Shown here: piece by piece, positions 26,890 through 37,386 of the stretch
Numbering within the stretch: position 1 is the first letter of the stretch
Layout of the letters: each line of letters starts with the position of its first letter
NCBI GenBank assembly: GCA_013265495.1
Contig: MU058423.1
Location: 5,624,745 to 5,688,744, forward strand
DNA: 64,000 nt
Source of the DNA: Vicugna vicugna
Lineage: Eukaryota
Direction: 5' to 3'
The notes under the pieces: generated by a model
Told to the model about the DNA's origin: nothing
The model's input: the letters and a program-made list of their open reading frames with translations, nothing else
Databases searched by the model: none
Program-made: the position numbers and the translations under genes

Positions 26890-28930
26890 TCAAAGATACA
26901 AGTTAATTACTCTTACTAATTATTCTTCTGTATTCATATCAATGAATTGACATCAGTCCTCATAAAGGCTCGCTCCTGTTTTACTTGTATATTTGTCCCT
27001 TTATTCACTTTATTCCTCATTACATTTTTCCCTATCCCTGCATGATCAACTATTCTAATGGCTTTGGTGAGTATCCTTTAACTGATACATGTACTTGTTA
27101 AATATTTAGTTTTTATTCTGAACTATTTTTTGTGCATGTATTTTTATTTAAAAATAATATTGTGCTCTGGATGTATTTTTTTCTTTATCTCTTAGCAATA
27201 CACTTTTAAGATTTGAAAACCAACCTTTATAGCCATCTTATATTTTGCTTTCAACAAATGCATATTATTTTATGGGGTAAAGGAAACTACTTTCCTTATC
27301 AATTGCCCTAGTGATGGAAACCAGTTTTCCTCAACTCCCTGTCACCACAAACAATTAATGAACATCCTTTTCATGGACCTTTGTGATAATTTTTCCTAGA
27401 GGTAGACCATAAGGTTGCAGGGATGCAAATGTCTGTATGTCTACCAGAATGCATAAAATGCCTGTGTTGTCATATCCCACTTGGTGGCTTTCTCCACATT
27501 TGTAAGTATTGCCAGTCTGAAGGTTTAGTCAATTAAGATAGGATTTGAGCCGCATTTAGATTTTCTTGTTGCTATTGCAACCCACAAAGCACCACAGGCT
27601 TTAAATATGTCTAGTGTTCCCTTGTAATGTGAATAGAGGCTGGCTTGCAGTGAATTGTTCTTCATGTTTTCTCTGCCCTCAGCGTCAGGTCTTCTCTTTG
27701 CAATTCCTCCTTAGAGAACATCTCTTCTGTCTTTCCCTTCCCCGACAATAAACTGCTGTTACTTGTTACCTTACACTTGTCAGCCTGGAGTCAATAGGGA
27801 GGGAGACGAGAGAGGATGCATTCCCTGCGGCTGGGTTTCACCTTCAGCCCCTCGTAGGAGCTCTGGCCCTGGAGATCAGGGGTGGGGCTTTCTAAGTGAC
27901 TATCCTTCCTTCCATAGGAGACCTGTAATGTTCTTGGCCCATAACTTTACCACATTCCACTGGGTCTTCACTTGTGCCTTGCAGGGAACGGGTGTGCTGC
28001 CCTTCCACAAACAGCTTAAGGCTTCTGTTCCATTGGGAATATGGGAGAGAGTCCTAATGGGTCATGCCTTTCCTGGCGCGGCCGCTGTTTACTTCCCTGA
28101 GAGGAACTGTGATGGAGACTTTTTCAGGACTCCCATTCAACTCCTTATCTTTCTTGGGAAAACAAGTGAAGTTTGTGGTGAAGAGACCACGCAAGAGTAT
28201 CAACTCCCTCTGTGTCTGTGACTTCCAGGACTTCCATATCATCAGTCTAGTCTATGCTTAGTTTTTAAAACTTCATTACAAATTTTAACTGAATCCTTCT
28301 TAATGATGGTCACGCTGTCGGGATTTCAGCATCTGCTCAGGCACTGCTCATACCATCTCTCCTTTGGAGTCACCTGTCTTTCATTAAACTTCAGATGAGC
28401 TAGTTGTCCTGTAATCTCAGCTTTCTGAAGTGTTTAAGAAGAGTTGTGGTGTGTGTTATCATCTGGCTTTTTATGTCTTAAATGTGAGAGCAACCTAAGC
28501 AGAAGCTGAAAGTTTATCAGGGTTACAGTTGATGTGGGTGAGCAAGTTTTTTTTAAGTACTATGTAAAACACATTCCTTCTCTTCCTCACTTATTAGACA
28601 GTCCAAATTGATCATATATCAAGTTTCCATATATACACGGTCTATCTGTGAGTTCCCTATTCTAATACTATGGCACCTGTTCTTAAATAGTACCAAAATA
28701 TTTTTGTTACTATAACTTCATGGAATGTCTTTAGTAAGGCAAATACTGTTCTTTGCTTATATTTTTTCAAGTCTACTTAACAAATCAGGAAATTTAATCT
28801 TTTTCTAAAAATTTTTGGACAAATATACTGTGTTATTCAAAATGAAATATACATATAATTTTAAAAGTAAATGCTATTGATTTATAACAAAATCTGGGAA
28901 AATTAATATCTTTTTAAAGTTCCATTGCAT
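26890..28930 (-). mobile_element. Old L1M fragments (3' end and ORF2 remnants) enclosing a GC-richer L1M 5'-region remnant at ~27530-28510
   Basis: tgatcaactattctaatggc...ttttaagattt...cctagtgatggaaacc at the left. cttgttgctattgcaacc...caccacaggctttaaa...ctagtgttccct in the middle. tttccatatatacacggtctatctgtgagttccctattc...tactataacttc at the right. Confidence 0.6.
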
Positions 28931-28955
28931 GATTGAGGACCACAGAATGATTCTA

Positions 28956-29340
28956 TGCTAGAAAAGCATCACTTGCTCCTCCAAATGCATTCTCTACCTT
29001 TCTGCCCTCTTGTATCTGTCTCAGGAGGCTGATCTCTATACAGTGCAGGAACCAGGATCTTTTGCTCTCTAGTTTCTGTTTAGATTTTGTCATGTGGAGC
29101 CACCATTTGAAAATGAGAGTGTGTGAAAAGTGAGAGGTCAGGATATACAATTCCCTGGCAATGACCTGGTAGGGATGATGTTTGGCCTCATTCCTCTATA
29201 GAAGGCCATCGCTCCTGTTGGACAGGCTTCTCCTATGGTGATGGCTTTCATGGGGTTGCAGAATCTGTTAGGTCATCTTACCCCTTCGGATTTTCTTGTA
29301 AGTTTCCCTTAAATCTGGGCAGAATGCTGTAGATGTTCTT
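28956..29340 (+). mobile_element. ERVL solo LTR fragment (LTR33-like)
   Basis: ttgctcctccaaatgcattctctacctttctgccctc...caggaggctgatctctatac...ttgctctctagtttctg...agtgagaggtcaggatatacaattccctggc follows the recalled LTR33 5' part. Confidence 0.7.
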
Positions 29341-29994
29341 CAAAGTCAGCTATCAACCAAATCTCCTATATCCTTAACCTCTTTTTGGAATGATCCCTCG
29401 GCTTTCTCCCTTGAACTGTGTCTGGCTTGTTTCTTTAGCACAGTTTCCCTTACAGCTTCCTCAAGATGTGACAATTTCTTCTCTCACTGTCTGAAATGTA
29501 AGTAGGTTGCTTATAACAGCCATGTTCTTTTTGCAGATGTTTTTTTCTTCTTCCTAAAAACAGGAAACTTTGAATCTCATGATAATTGGTTTAGCCACTG
29601 ATGTTTCTACTTACAGCAGAAATCTGCCACCACAGAGTTTACTTTATTTCTTTAAAGTTACTGGCTCTTGTCATACTATAAATCTTTCCAACCAAATTTG
29701 CCTTAAATTTGACATCAACATCAATAAATACATTTCCAGAACTCTGGTGTCTCACTTTCTTGATTGCTTCCTCTTTAAATATTGCTTCTTCCACCTTACC
29801 TAATAACTTGACCCAGTGTCCAAATTTAGACATATCATTGCCAATAAATATAATGTCTCCAATAATTTGATTCAACCATTTATCTTTGTGGCACTTACTT
29901 TTAGCTTTCCTTTGCAATTCTTCTGGTAACTCAACTCTAATCATCCATTGACCCCACTGAGACATGTAATTAACTAATACCATCAATTTTTCAT

Positions 29995-30265
29995 ACCCTC
30001 TCATTCAGTCATTTATTTATTCTTTCAACAAATATTTAGTTTGCATTTACTCTGGGAGAGGAATTTTCTAGTTAGTAGAAATAAAACAGTAGATGAAATA
30101 GATAAAACTATATGCCTACTTGTAAGCAAACTGAAATAATAGATGCTTTTAGTGATAAATACGAAGATAATAATAAATAAAATAAAGAAAGGGGTCTAGA
30201 AATGTCAAGAAGGTAAATGTAATTTTACTTATGGTGGCATAAGAAGGCCTCACTGAGAAAATAAC
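29995..30265 (-). mobile_element. LINE-2 3' end remnant, antisense
   Basis: cattcagtcatttatttattctttcaacaaatatttag...aaacagtagatgaaatagataaaac...aagaaggcctcactgagaaaataacttt. Confidence 0.7.
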
Positions 30266-31558
30266 TTTAACAGCTTTACTACTGTGTAATTGTTGTACAA
30301 TAAACTACATATATTTAATGTACACAATTTAGCTAGTTTTGATGTTTGCGAATACCCATGAAACCACTATCACAATCAAATAATCACTAAATATTTGCTC
30401 ATGACTTCTTGTTATCCTTCCCTCCTTTCCTCCCTCATCTCAAACAACTACTCCTTTCTGTCCATATTGATTAGTTTTGTGCTTCTAAAATTTATATAAA
30501 TTGATTCTCGCAGTACTGATTGATTATCTGGCTTCTTTAATACAGTGTAATTATTTTGAATTTCATCCATGTTGTATCAGCAGTTCATGTATTTTTAATA
30601 GTAAACAGTTTTCTCTTATATAGAATAGTATATAGTTTGTTCATCCTTTACCTTTTCCAACCTTTTTTTTTTTTTCAGATTACGGCTACTAAAAATAAAG
30701 CTACTATGAAATTTCACATACAAGTTATGCACATATGGTTTCATTTTCTTTTACTAATTACCAACGATTGTATTGGCTGAGTCATATGATGAATATATAT
30801 TTAACTTTTCGAAAAACTATCACTTTTCCAAAATATGTATACCATTATATACTCCTACCAGCAGTTAGTTTACATCTCTGGCAATATTTACTATGGCCAG
30901 ACTTTTTAAAATTTAATGATTTTATTGGATGAGTAGTGGTATTTCATTGTGGTTTAACTTACATTTTCTTAAGTATTAATGACGTTAAGCATATTTTCAT
31001 GTGCTTATACTCTATCTGTATACTTTTGTGAATTTGCCATTCAAAACTTTGGTGAATCAAAAAATTGTCTTCTTTAGGTCCTTTGCCCATTTTTGGATTG
31101 GGTTGTTTGTTGGTTTCTTATTAAGTCGTATGAGCTGCTTATATATTCTGGAGATCAAGCCTTAAAAAACAAAAACAAAACCAAAGCACACATACAAAAC
31201 AGAAATAGACTCATAGACATAGAATACAAACTTGTGGTTGCCAAGGGGGCGGAGGGTGGGAAGGGATAGATGGGATTTCAGAATTGTGGAATAGATAAAC
31301 AAGATTATACTGTATAGCACAGGGAAATACACACAAGATCTTATGGTAGCTCACAGAGAAAAAAAAGTGACAATGAATATATATATGTTCACGTATAACT
31401 GAAAAATTGTGCTTTACACTGGAATTTGACATAACATTGTGAAATGATTATAAATCAATAAAAAATTTTTTTAAAAATTGCCTTCTTATTAAATTATAAA
31501 AGGTATTTATATATTTTAGAAATAATTATTTCAAAAGATACATATGCTGCATATATTT
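30266..31558 (-). mobile_element. Old L1M(B/C) 3' end, antisense; host of the younger inverted L1
   Basis: aacagctttactactgtgtaattgttgtacaataaactacatatatttaatgtacacaattt...tacccatgaaaccactatcacaatcaa...gtagtggtatttcattgtggtttaac...catattttcatgtgctta. Confidence 0.85.
31075..31472 (+). mobile_element. Young camelid-type L1 insertion with 5' inversion (twin priming): antisense ORF2 piece 31075-~31163, then sense 3' UTR
   Basis: The reverse complement of 31075-31161 translates without stops as [29 protein letters not shown] (L1 ORF2p C-terminal region). It is followed by sense 3' UTR (acagaaatagactcatagacatagaatacaaacttgtggttgccaagggg...aatcaataaaaaa). 15-bp TSD aaaaattgtcttctt (31060-31074) and aaaaattgccttctt (31473-31487). 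Confidence 0.9.
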
Positions 31559-31559
31559 T

Positions 31560-31898
31560 ATCTTTATCTTTCAACATTTTTTCAGTGATGTTAGGAACAA
31601 CCAATCAACCTCACTATATTTGTTAGTTTTCCAAAAATGTTCAAAAATATCATATACAGATTTGCCCATTCTTTGCGTCTAATAAGTTGCTGATTAGGAA
31701 AATCCAACTGAGATATTTTGCATATCTCTATTGCCAGATCATGCCAAAGACTACCAGTGCTCTCTTTCCTATTGGACATAGAGTTTCTAGCATCGTCAAA
31801 CCTAATCAGATTGGAAAGTCTATTCCAGAAACTTTAAAACCAACAGAAAATTCATCCTTAAAATTCTGTTCCTCTAGAATCACTTTGGTACCAATATC
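31560..31898 (-). pseudogene. gag: ERV-L internal region: PBS-side leader and frameshifted gag N-terminus, truncated
   Basis: The minus strand starts gatattggtaccaaagtgattctagaggaacagaattttaaggatg, the recalled HERV-L/ERVL internal start. It translates FWNRLSNLIRFDDARNSMSNRKESTGSLWHDLAIEICKISQLDFPNQQLIRRKEW, then after a frameshift near 31658 VYDIFEHFWKTNKYSEVDWLFLTSLKK, which parallels ERV-L Gag. Confidence 0.85.
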
Positions 31899-32482
31899 TG
31901 TATTAGTGTGAATTCTCCAAAGAAACAGAACCAGTAGAATATAGATAGATATAGACATACACATACACATACACATAGATACAGACAGATATATACATAT
32001 GTATGTATGTGTGTGTGTGTGTATGTGTCTAAAGATATTTATTGTAAAGAAGAGGCTCACTCAGTTATGGAAGCTAAGTCCCAAGATCTGCAGTCTGCAA
32101 ACTGGAGACCCAGGAGAGTCAATGGTACAGTTTCAGTCTGAATCAGATGCCCTAAGAACCAGGGGAGCTGATGGTATGAATTCCAATCTGAACCCTAGTC
32201 TGAAAGGCAGGAGAAGTCCCAGCTAGAAGACAGTTAAGCAGAAGCAGCAAACTCTCTGTTACTCAGCTTTTTGCTCTCCTCAGGCCTTCAGTGACTGGAG
32301 GACTGCCCTGCCTTCCCTTTCCCCATCAGACATTGGGTAGGACAATTGCTTTTCTCAGCTTACAAACACAAATGTTAATTTTTCCCAGAAATACCCTCAT
32401 AGACATACCCAGAATAGTATTTAACCAAATGCCTGGACAGCTGGTGGCCCAGTCAAGTTAACACATAAAATTAACTATTAGA
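31899..32482 (-). mobile_element. MLT2 (ERV-L) 5' LTR, antisense, with internal microsatellite
   Basis: tgtattag...ttctccaaagaaacagaaccagtaga...cccaagatctgcagtctgcaaactggagacccaggagag...ccctcatagacatacccagaatagtatttaaccaaat...ccagtcaagttaacacataaaattaac. Directly abuts the ERVL internal start. Confidence 0.9.
31938..32028. repeat. Compound microsatellite (ATAG/ACAT/TG) inside the MLT2 LTR
   Basis: atagatagatatagacatacacatacacatacacatagatacagacagatatatacatatgtatgtatgtgtgtgtgtgtgtatgtgt. Confidence 0.85.
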
Positions 32483-35078
32483 GTTACCAAGGAATGGTAT
32501 GTACTGAATGGGTTGATTTTGCTGTATGGATGGGATTTGTGACAATGATGTTATAAAATATCTAAATTTTCCTCACTATATACTATGATTTAAAATACTA
32601 AATGTTTAAACAACATTATGAGCAATGAAACCCTGAAACTTATAAATTATGATCAGTTTGCTTTGGTCAAGGTTGACTCAAAGAATTCTTAATTTATTGA
32701 AATGTATTGTTAGGTATCCATGGAGTTTCGTAACGCCACTTCAGCTTGGTGCAGATATTCTTCCAAGGAAAAGGGGGGGCTTTTATATACTTCTCTGCTT
32801 ATACATAAGCACAGGTACCTATTTTACTTTGTCTTTGAGAAGGGTTAGCACATTTGAAACAGATATTATTAAAAACATTTTAATGACTATCGTTGAAAAG
32901 AAAGAAAAAATATTCATTATAAATATGACTTTTATGAACAAATTCTCCTTGTGCTACCATATTTAGAAGTTGTTTTCCATATATTCAGTATTTCAGATAG
33001 TTAAACACATATTCTGAAAGTGAAAATATTTCCTTGAATCTGAATAACTTAATATAAAATTAATTATAAAACTGCCATGATATGAAAGTTTGAAATAAAA
33101 GCTAAAATTATATTTCTTGAGTTTTTTTTTAAACATTGTATTGTCAAGAAAATACAATTTCTCCAACCCTTAATTTTTTTTTTTCAGGTAATACATGCAG
33201 TAGCCTGACTGACATTCTAATATTTGGCTTCAAGCTTCCAGAATATACAAGAATTCTTACCAGAGCAGGAATTAGAGACTCACAGCCAAAATTCCTAAAT
33301 CTCCAGTGGTCATAATTATAAAAAATAAAAACTGTAATAACTTCAAGTTACCATCTCGATTGATAGATTTTAGAGCCAATAGGAAGCTGTGTCTCATTTT
33401 CTATCATTCTTCACATTCTCCTGTCTGTTGATAGTTAGGGAACTCTCTTCCCTTAAAATATTTGTTCCTTTCTGGCTTTCTGAATTTTCTTCTCTCTCTT
33501 TGTTTCTTCAGTCTCAGCCTCCTTCCCTGCTGTCTCAGTCTGTATCTAGCTAATGCTTCTCAGAAATCTTTGTTCTGTTTTCTTTATGTGACTGTGTAGG
33601 CTCCCTATATACTGATTGTGAAATACTGATCACAACAAATTTTATGTATAAGCCTAAATCATATCTCTATTGTACTACCCAAACATTAAAACACATGAAT
33701 AGACTGGTCATATGGATATGCCACCAAGCATCTCAAAATTAGTCTGTTTAATGTTGTCATTTTATTGTCTTTATAAATTATCTTCCTCTTTCCCTGTTCT
33801 GGTTTGCTAGGTGTTGCGATTCTAATTTCTTAAAATCTTTTATATCCATCTCCCTCGTTTTCTGATCACTGCTTAAGTTAGACCACCATAATTTTTGAGG
33901 ACTTTTATTAAGTTTCTGAACCATTCTTGCAACTCTAGCTTTGTACCAGTTGTCCACTTTGGTGTTTTCTCGTTACAATATTTTTTCTGTAACTAATTGC
34001 CAAATATTGTATTTTCTTTAGTACTTAACATAAATCTTTTTTTTCATATGGGATTAATGTTGTAAATGATAGTAACACTAATTGAAATACAATCATGCCT
34101 TATGGTATGTAAGGCAATTTAAAATATGTTGTCTCTGACAGTTGTTTCATAGTAAGGATTATTTTTAACTTAGAACATCAAAAAGAAAATTTCAATTTCT
34201 GTAAACAACAGCATATAAATTATTGTTGCAACTATGCCACCATTTAGTCATGAATTCCTGTTAAATTAACTCTCATGAACTTTAATGACCTCACTGAGAA
34301 ATAAACAAGTCTCCTACCTAGATGGCCTCAAGTAATTCTTCCAGATCTGAACTTGTAATTTTGCTTGCGAAGAGACTGGAGTCCAGTCATTTGCATTAGA
34401 AAAAAACTGTGTCAACTATTGTAAGGATGTTTTTTAAGTCATGCTTAAACTCAATATTCAAATTATATTTATATAGATGTTGTAATATGTTTAGTTGATT
34501 TATGTGGATGTAGACTCAGGAATAAATGAACATTTTTTTCCTCATAACTGAATCATTGAAGCTTTCCCTATAGGTACATTTTGGGTAAATGAATTTCATC
34601 TTTTCTCTACAACTATCCAGTAGAGTCTGGCCTCAGTATTACAAAGTAGATGAATTCTGTACTTCACTGTTTTCACTACCTAATATTTTAAATTCAGCAT
34701 GTCGTCAATGGAATAAAACTGGATCACATATAAAACCAATATTTGAACAATTTTACACTGTCATGCTTGAAAGTGCAGGAAATAACCAGAAAATGAATGT
34801 TATAATTCACTTTTTCCCCTGGAAGATAATTTTAACATAATCACTTATGAATATCATTTAAAAACTTTCAGATAATCCTCAAGTAACTTCTGTGGATTGA
34901 CTTCTGCTCTTTATGTGCATACGCAAAGCATTATCCCATAAGAGTAGGAGCCATAAACTGATAATTTGCAAATTCATACCAGGGATCCACAGATTCTACA
35001 AGAACTAGAATATGTTTTATCAGGAACCATAAGCACTTTAAAACTACATGTATGTGTGGGGGGTTAAATTAAACAGTT

Positions 35079-35190
35079 AAAATTTTTTTTAAAAAAATTT
35101 TTTTTAAAAAAATGGAAAAGGATAAAATGTAAAAGTGGAGAGAGAGAGAGAGAAAAGGAGAGAGAAAGAAAAGAAGAAAAAGGAAAGGAA
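35079..35190. repeat. Alternating A/T homopolymers followed by a polypurine (GA/GAA) tract
   Basis: A4-T8-A7-T8-A7, then ggagagagagagagagaaaaggagagagaaagaaaagaagaaaaaggaaaggaa. Confidence 0.85.
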
Positions 35191-36289
35191 CAGTTTAAGT
35201 TTGAGTGGAAAAAAATAAACAAAAAACTCCACAACTTTCTGTATCAAGTTTCAATGAATCAGAATAACCATAAGACACTGATGACCTGAAGTACCGAAAA
35301 GCGAAAAAGTGAAAAAAATAAAAAAGTAAACCGTATGGAAAATCAATTTGAGGCAGACCATACCTAGGAGTGTCTGTTGTAAACTGGCATGCATTTAACT
35401 TTATTAATCTCAGTTGAATGTTTCTTCGGCCTGTTTTCCAAGGGGTAACAGATCTTTATCAATGTATCTGTGTATAACAAAATAAACCACTATTTATGTG
35501 TTGCTCTCACACGTATACCAGAGGTTCTCTCATCAATTAATTAATTCATTCATTCAACTTGTTCTAGGTGGGTAAGAGATTTACATTAGCTTAAGTATTA
35601 TAATTTGGTTTCTTAAACAAGATTCTATCTTATGGCCATATATCTAAACATAGGCAGGCTATTTTTATTTCTAGTCCTGCTTATGTAAATTTAGCCACAT
35701 TGTCAATGCATGTAAGTAAAATAGTGGTAAATGGGATAAAAATCATAGAGTGGTATTAACTAAGACATGTTACTTCTAAAACCTTCCTAATGGTATCTAT
35801 TTCTAGATTTATTAAGAAAGATTTAATGAAAAAAATCAACAGAAATAATATCATTCTAGTTTCTTTGAAAAGTAACACAAGGCTTCATATTCAAAATTTC
35901 ACTCCCACTAGCCTTTAATAAAATTTTTCAAATAGTGAAATATGAATCATTTTTTATGTTAAATTAAAAACAAAAAGTGCCATGCGGATTTTCACAGATT
36001 TTCAGTATAAGAAATAGTGGAAATCTATTATATTTTATTTAGATTTTTTCCTTTATTCTCTCAATTTAAAAGAGATTTTGCAAAGGGTATTTAATTTTTA
36101 AAATAAAATGTTTATTATCTGGATGTTTCAGATACGTAACATCTAGCATCAAATTTGTTGCAATAGATCACTGGTCAAAGACCACTGGTTAGTGGTCTGC
36201 CCATTTTTTCTGATTTTTTTGCCAATACAATTTTGACATGTTTAAGCGATAACAAGCTCACACCTTAACAATGGATCATGATTTATATA

Positions 36290-36670
36290 AAACCAACTAA
36301 GATTCTGTTCTTTTTCCTTTTATTACTTGTTGCTTGGAGTAACCATGTGAACCAGTTCTAGCCAATGACAGGTAAAGGGAAGTCTTAGAAAGAAGGGGGT
36401 TCTTAGCAAAGAAAAAATAGACATGCTGGCATCACCTTCTCAAAATATCTGTTATTCCTGCCTTAAATAGCTATATGAGATCTGGACTTTAAACATACAT
36501 GTGTTTTAGAAACACAAGTAATGTAACCTGAAGTCATGTGCAAAGACACTGCTGAATTGCTGAATGAATATCACCTGGGCACAGACAGACAGACTTCTTG
36601 ATATTGGGGAATATTATTCTTTAATTAAGCCACTATCAATTGGATTTTTTTCCTCCTTTGCTTTCCAAAA
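36290..36670 (+). mobile_element. Old MaLR LTR remnant (MLT1J/K-like)
   Basis: ttggagtaaccatgtgaaccagttctagccaatgacaggtaaagggaagtc...ttcctgccttaaatag...agacttcttgatattgggga...ttaagccactatcaattggattttt. Confidence 0.6.
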
Positions 36671-37356
36671 CAATTGAATTTATTGAATTCAATTGAATTC
36701 ATCTCTAATTCAATCACTAAGATTTGGCAGAAGTTAATATTACCACATTGACATTTGAATAAGTAAATAAATATCCTGTATCTAATATGTACAAACCAAA
36801 TACCTGTCTCAAAATTGAGATTTAGCTTCTTTTTCTACTCCTGGTATAAATCTCTTAAGTAAGTCCCTGCCAATCTTAGGCTTCAGTACCCTCACATGCC
36901 CAGATATTTCATCAAAAATCTCAACCATTCATATCCATTTGGTTTTCTTAAGTAGCTGTTATGCAAGTAAACTAAAATATTTTTTTTTATGTTTTAAGAA
37001 ATGTTGCATTGATTTTTAAATAATATAGACGTGAATAAAAGATGCCAAACCCTCTTATTATCTCAATTCCCATTTTATATTGTTCATTTTATGTGGTTTG
37101 AAGATAACCCTTGCTCTGAAGAAAGGGGTAGGTGGTGACCACTGGATTTTATCAGTGGACCAAACTGACAAGTCATTCCACTTTGTCTAAGAAGCTCAGA
37201 GGAAGTGCAAAGTTTCTGATGGAAGTTCAGTGGATTAAACTGCTACATGAAATATCAAAACTAAATTTTAGGCAAGAAATGCTGGCTCACAACACTTAGT
37301 CTAAAAGGTAGGGAAAAGGCTTATATATGAACCAGTAGTCATAGGATACATTTGAC

Positions 37357-37386
37357 GTGTGTATGTGTGTGTGTGTGTGTGTGTGC
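37357..37386. repeat. (TG)n microsatellite
   Basis: gtgtgtatgtgtgtgtgtgtgtgtgtgtgc. Confidence 0.9.

Noticed and set aside
27763..28221. Longest ORF (152 aa) and the GGCGCGGCCGC CpG cluster at 28075-28085
   Set aside because: It lies in a GC-richer L1 5'-region remnant where stops are rarer. There is no recognisable domain, and three CpGs do not make an island.
34555..34580. ctttccctaTAG|GTACAT as a further recursive splice site
   Set aside because: The reconstituted donor is weak. A comparable motif also occurs on the minus strand (~29795), consistent with background.
36179..36198. Hairpin agaccact-ggtt-agtggtct
   Set aside because: The 8-bp stem is too short for a miRNA precursor or TIR element and is compatible with chance.
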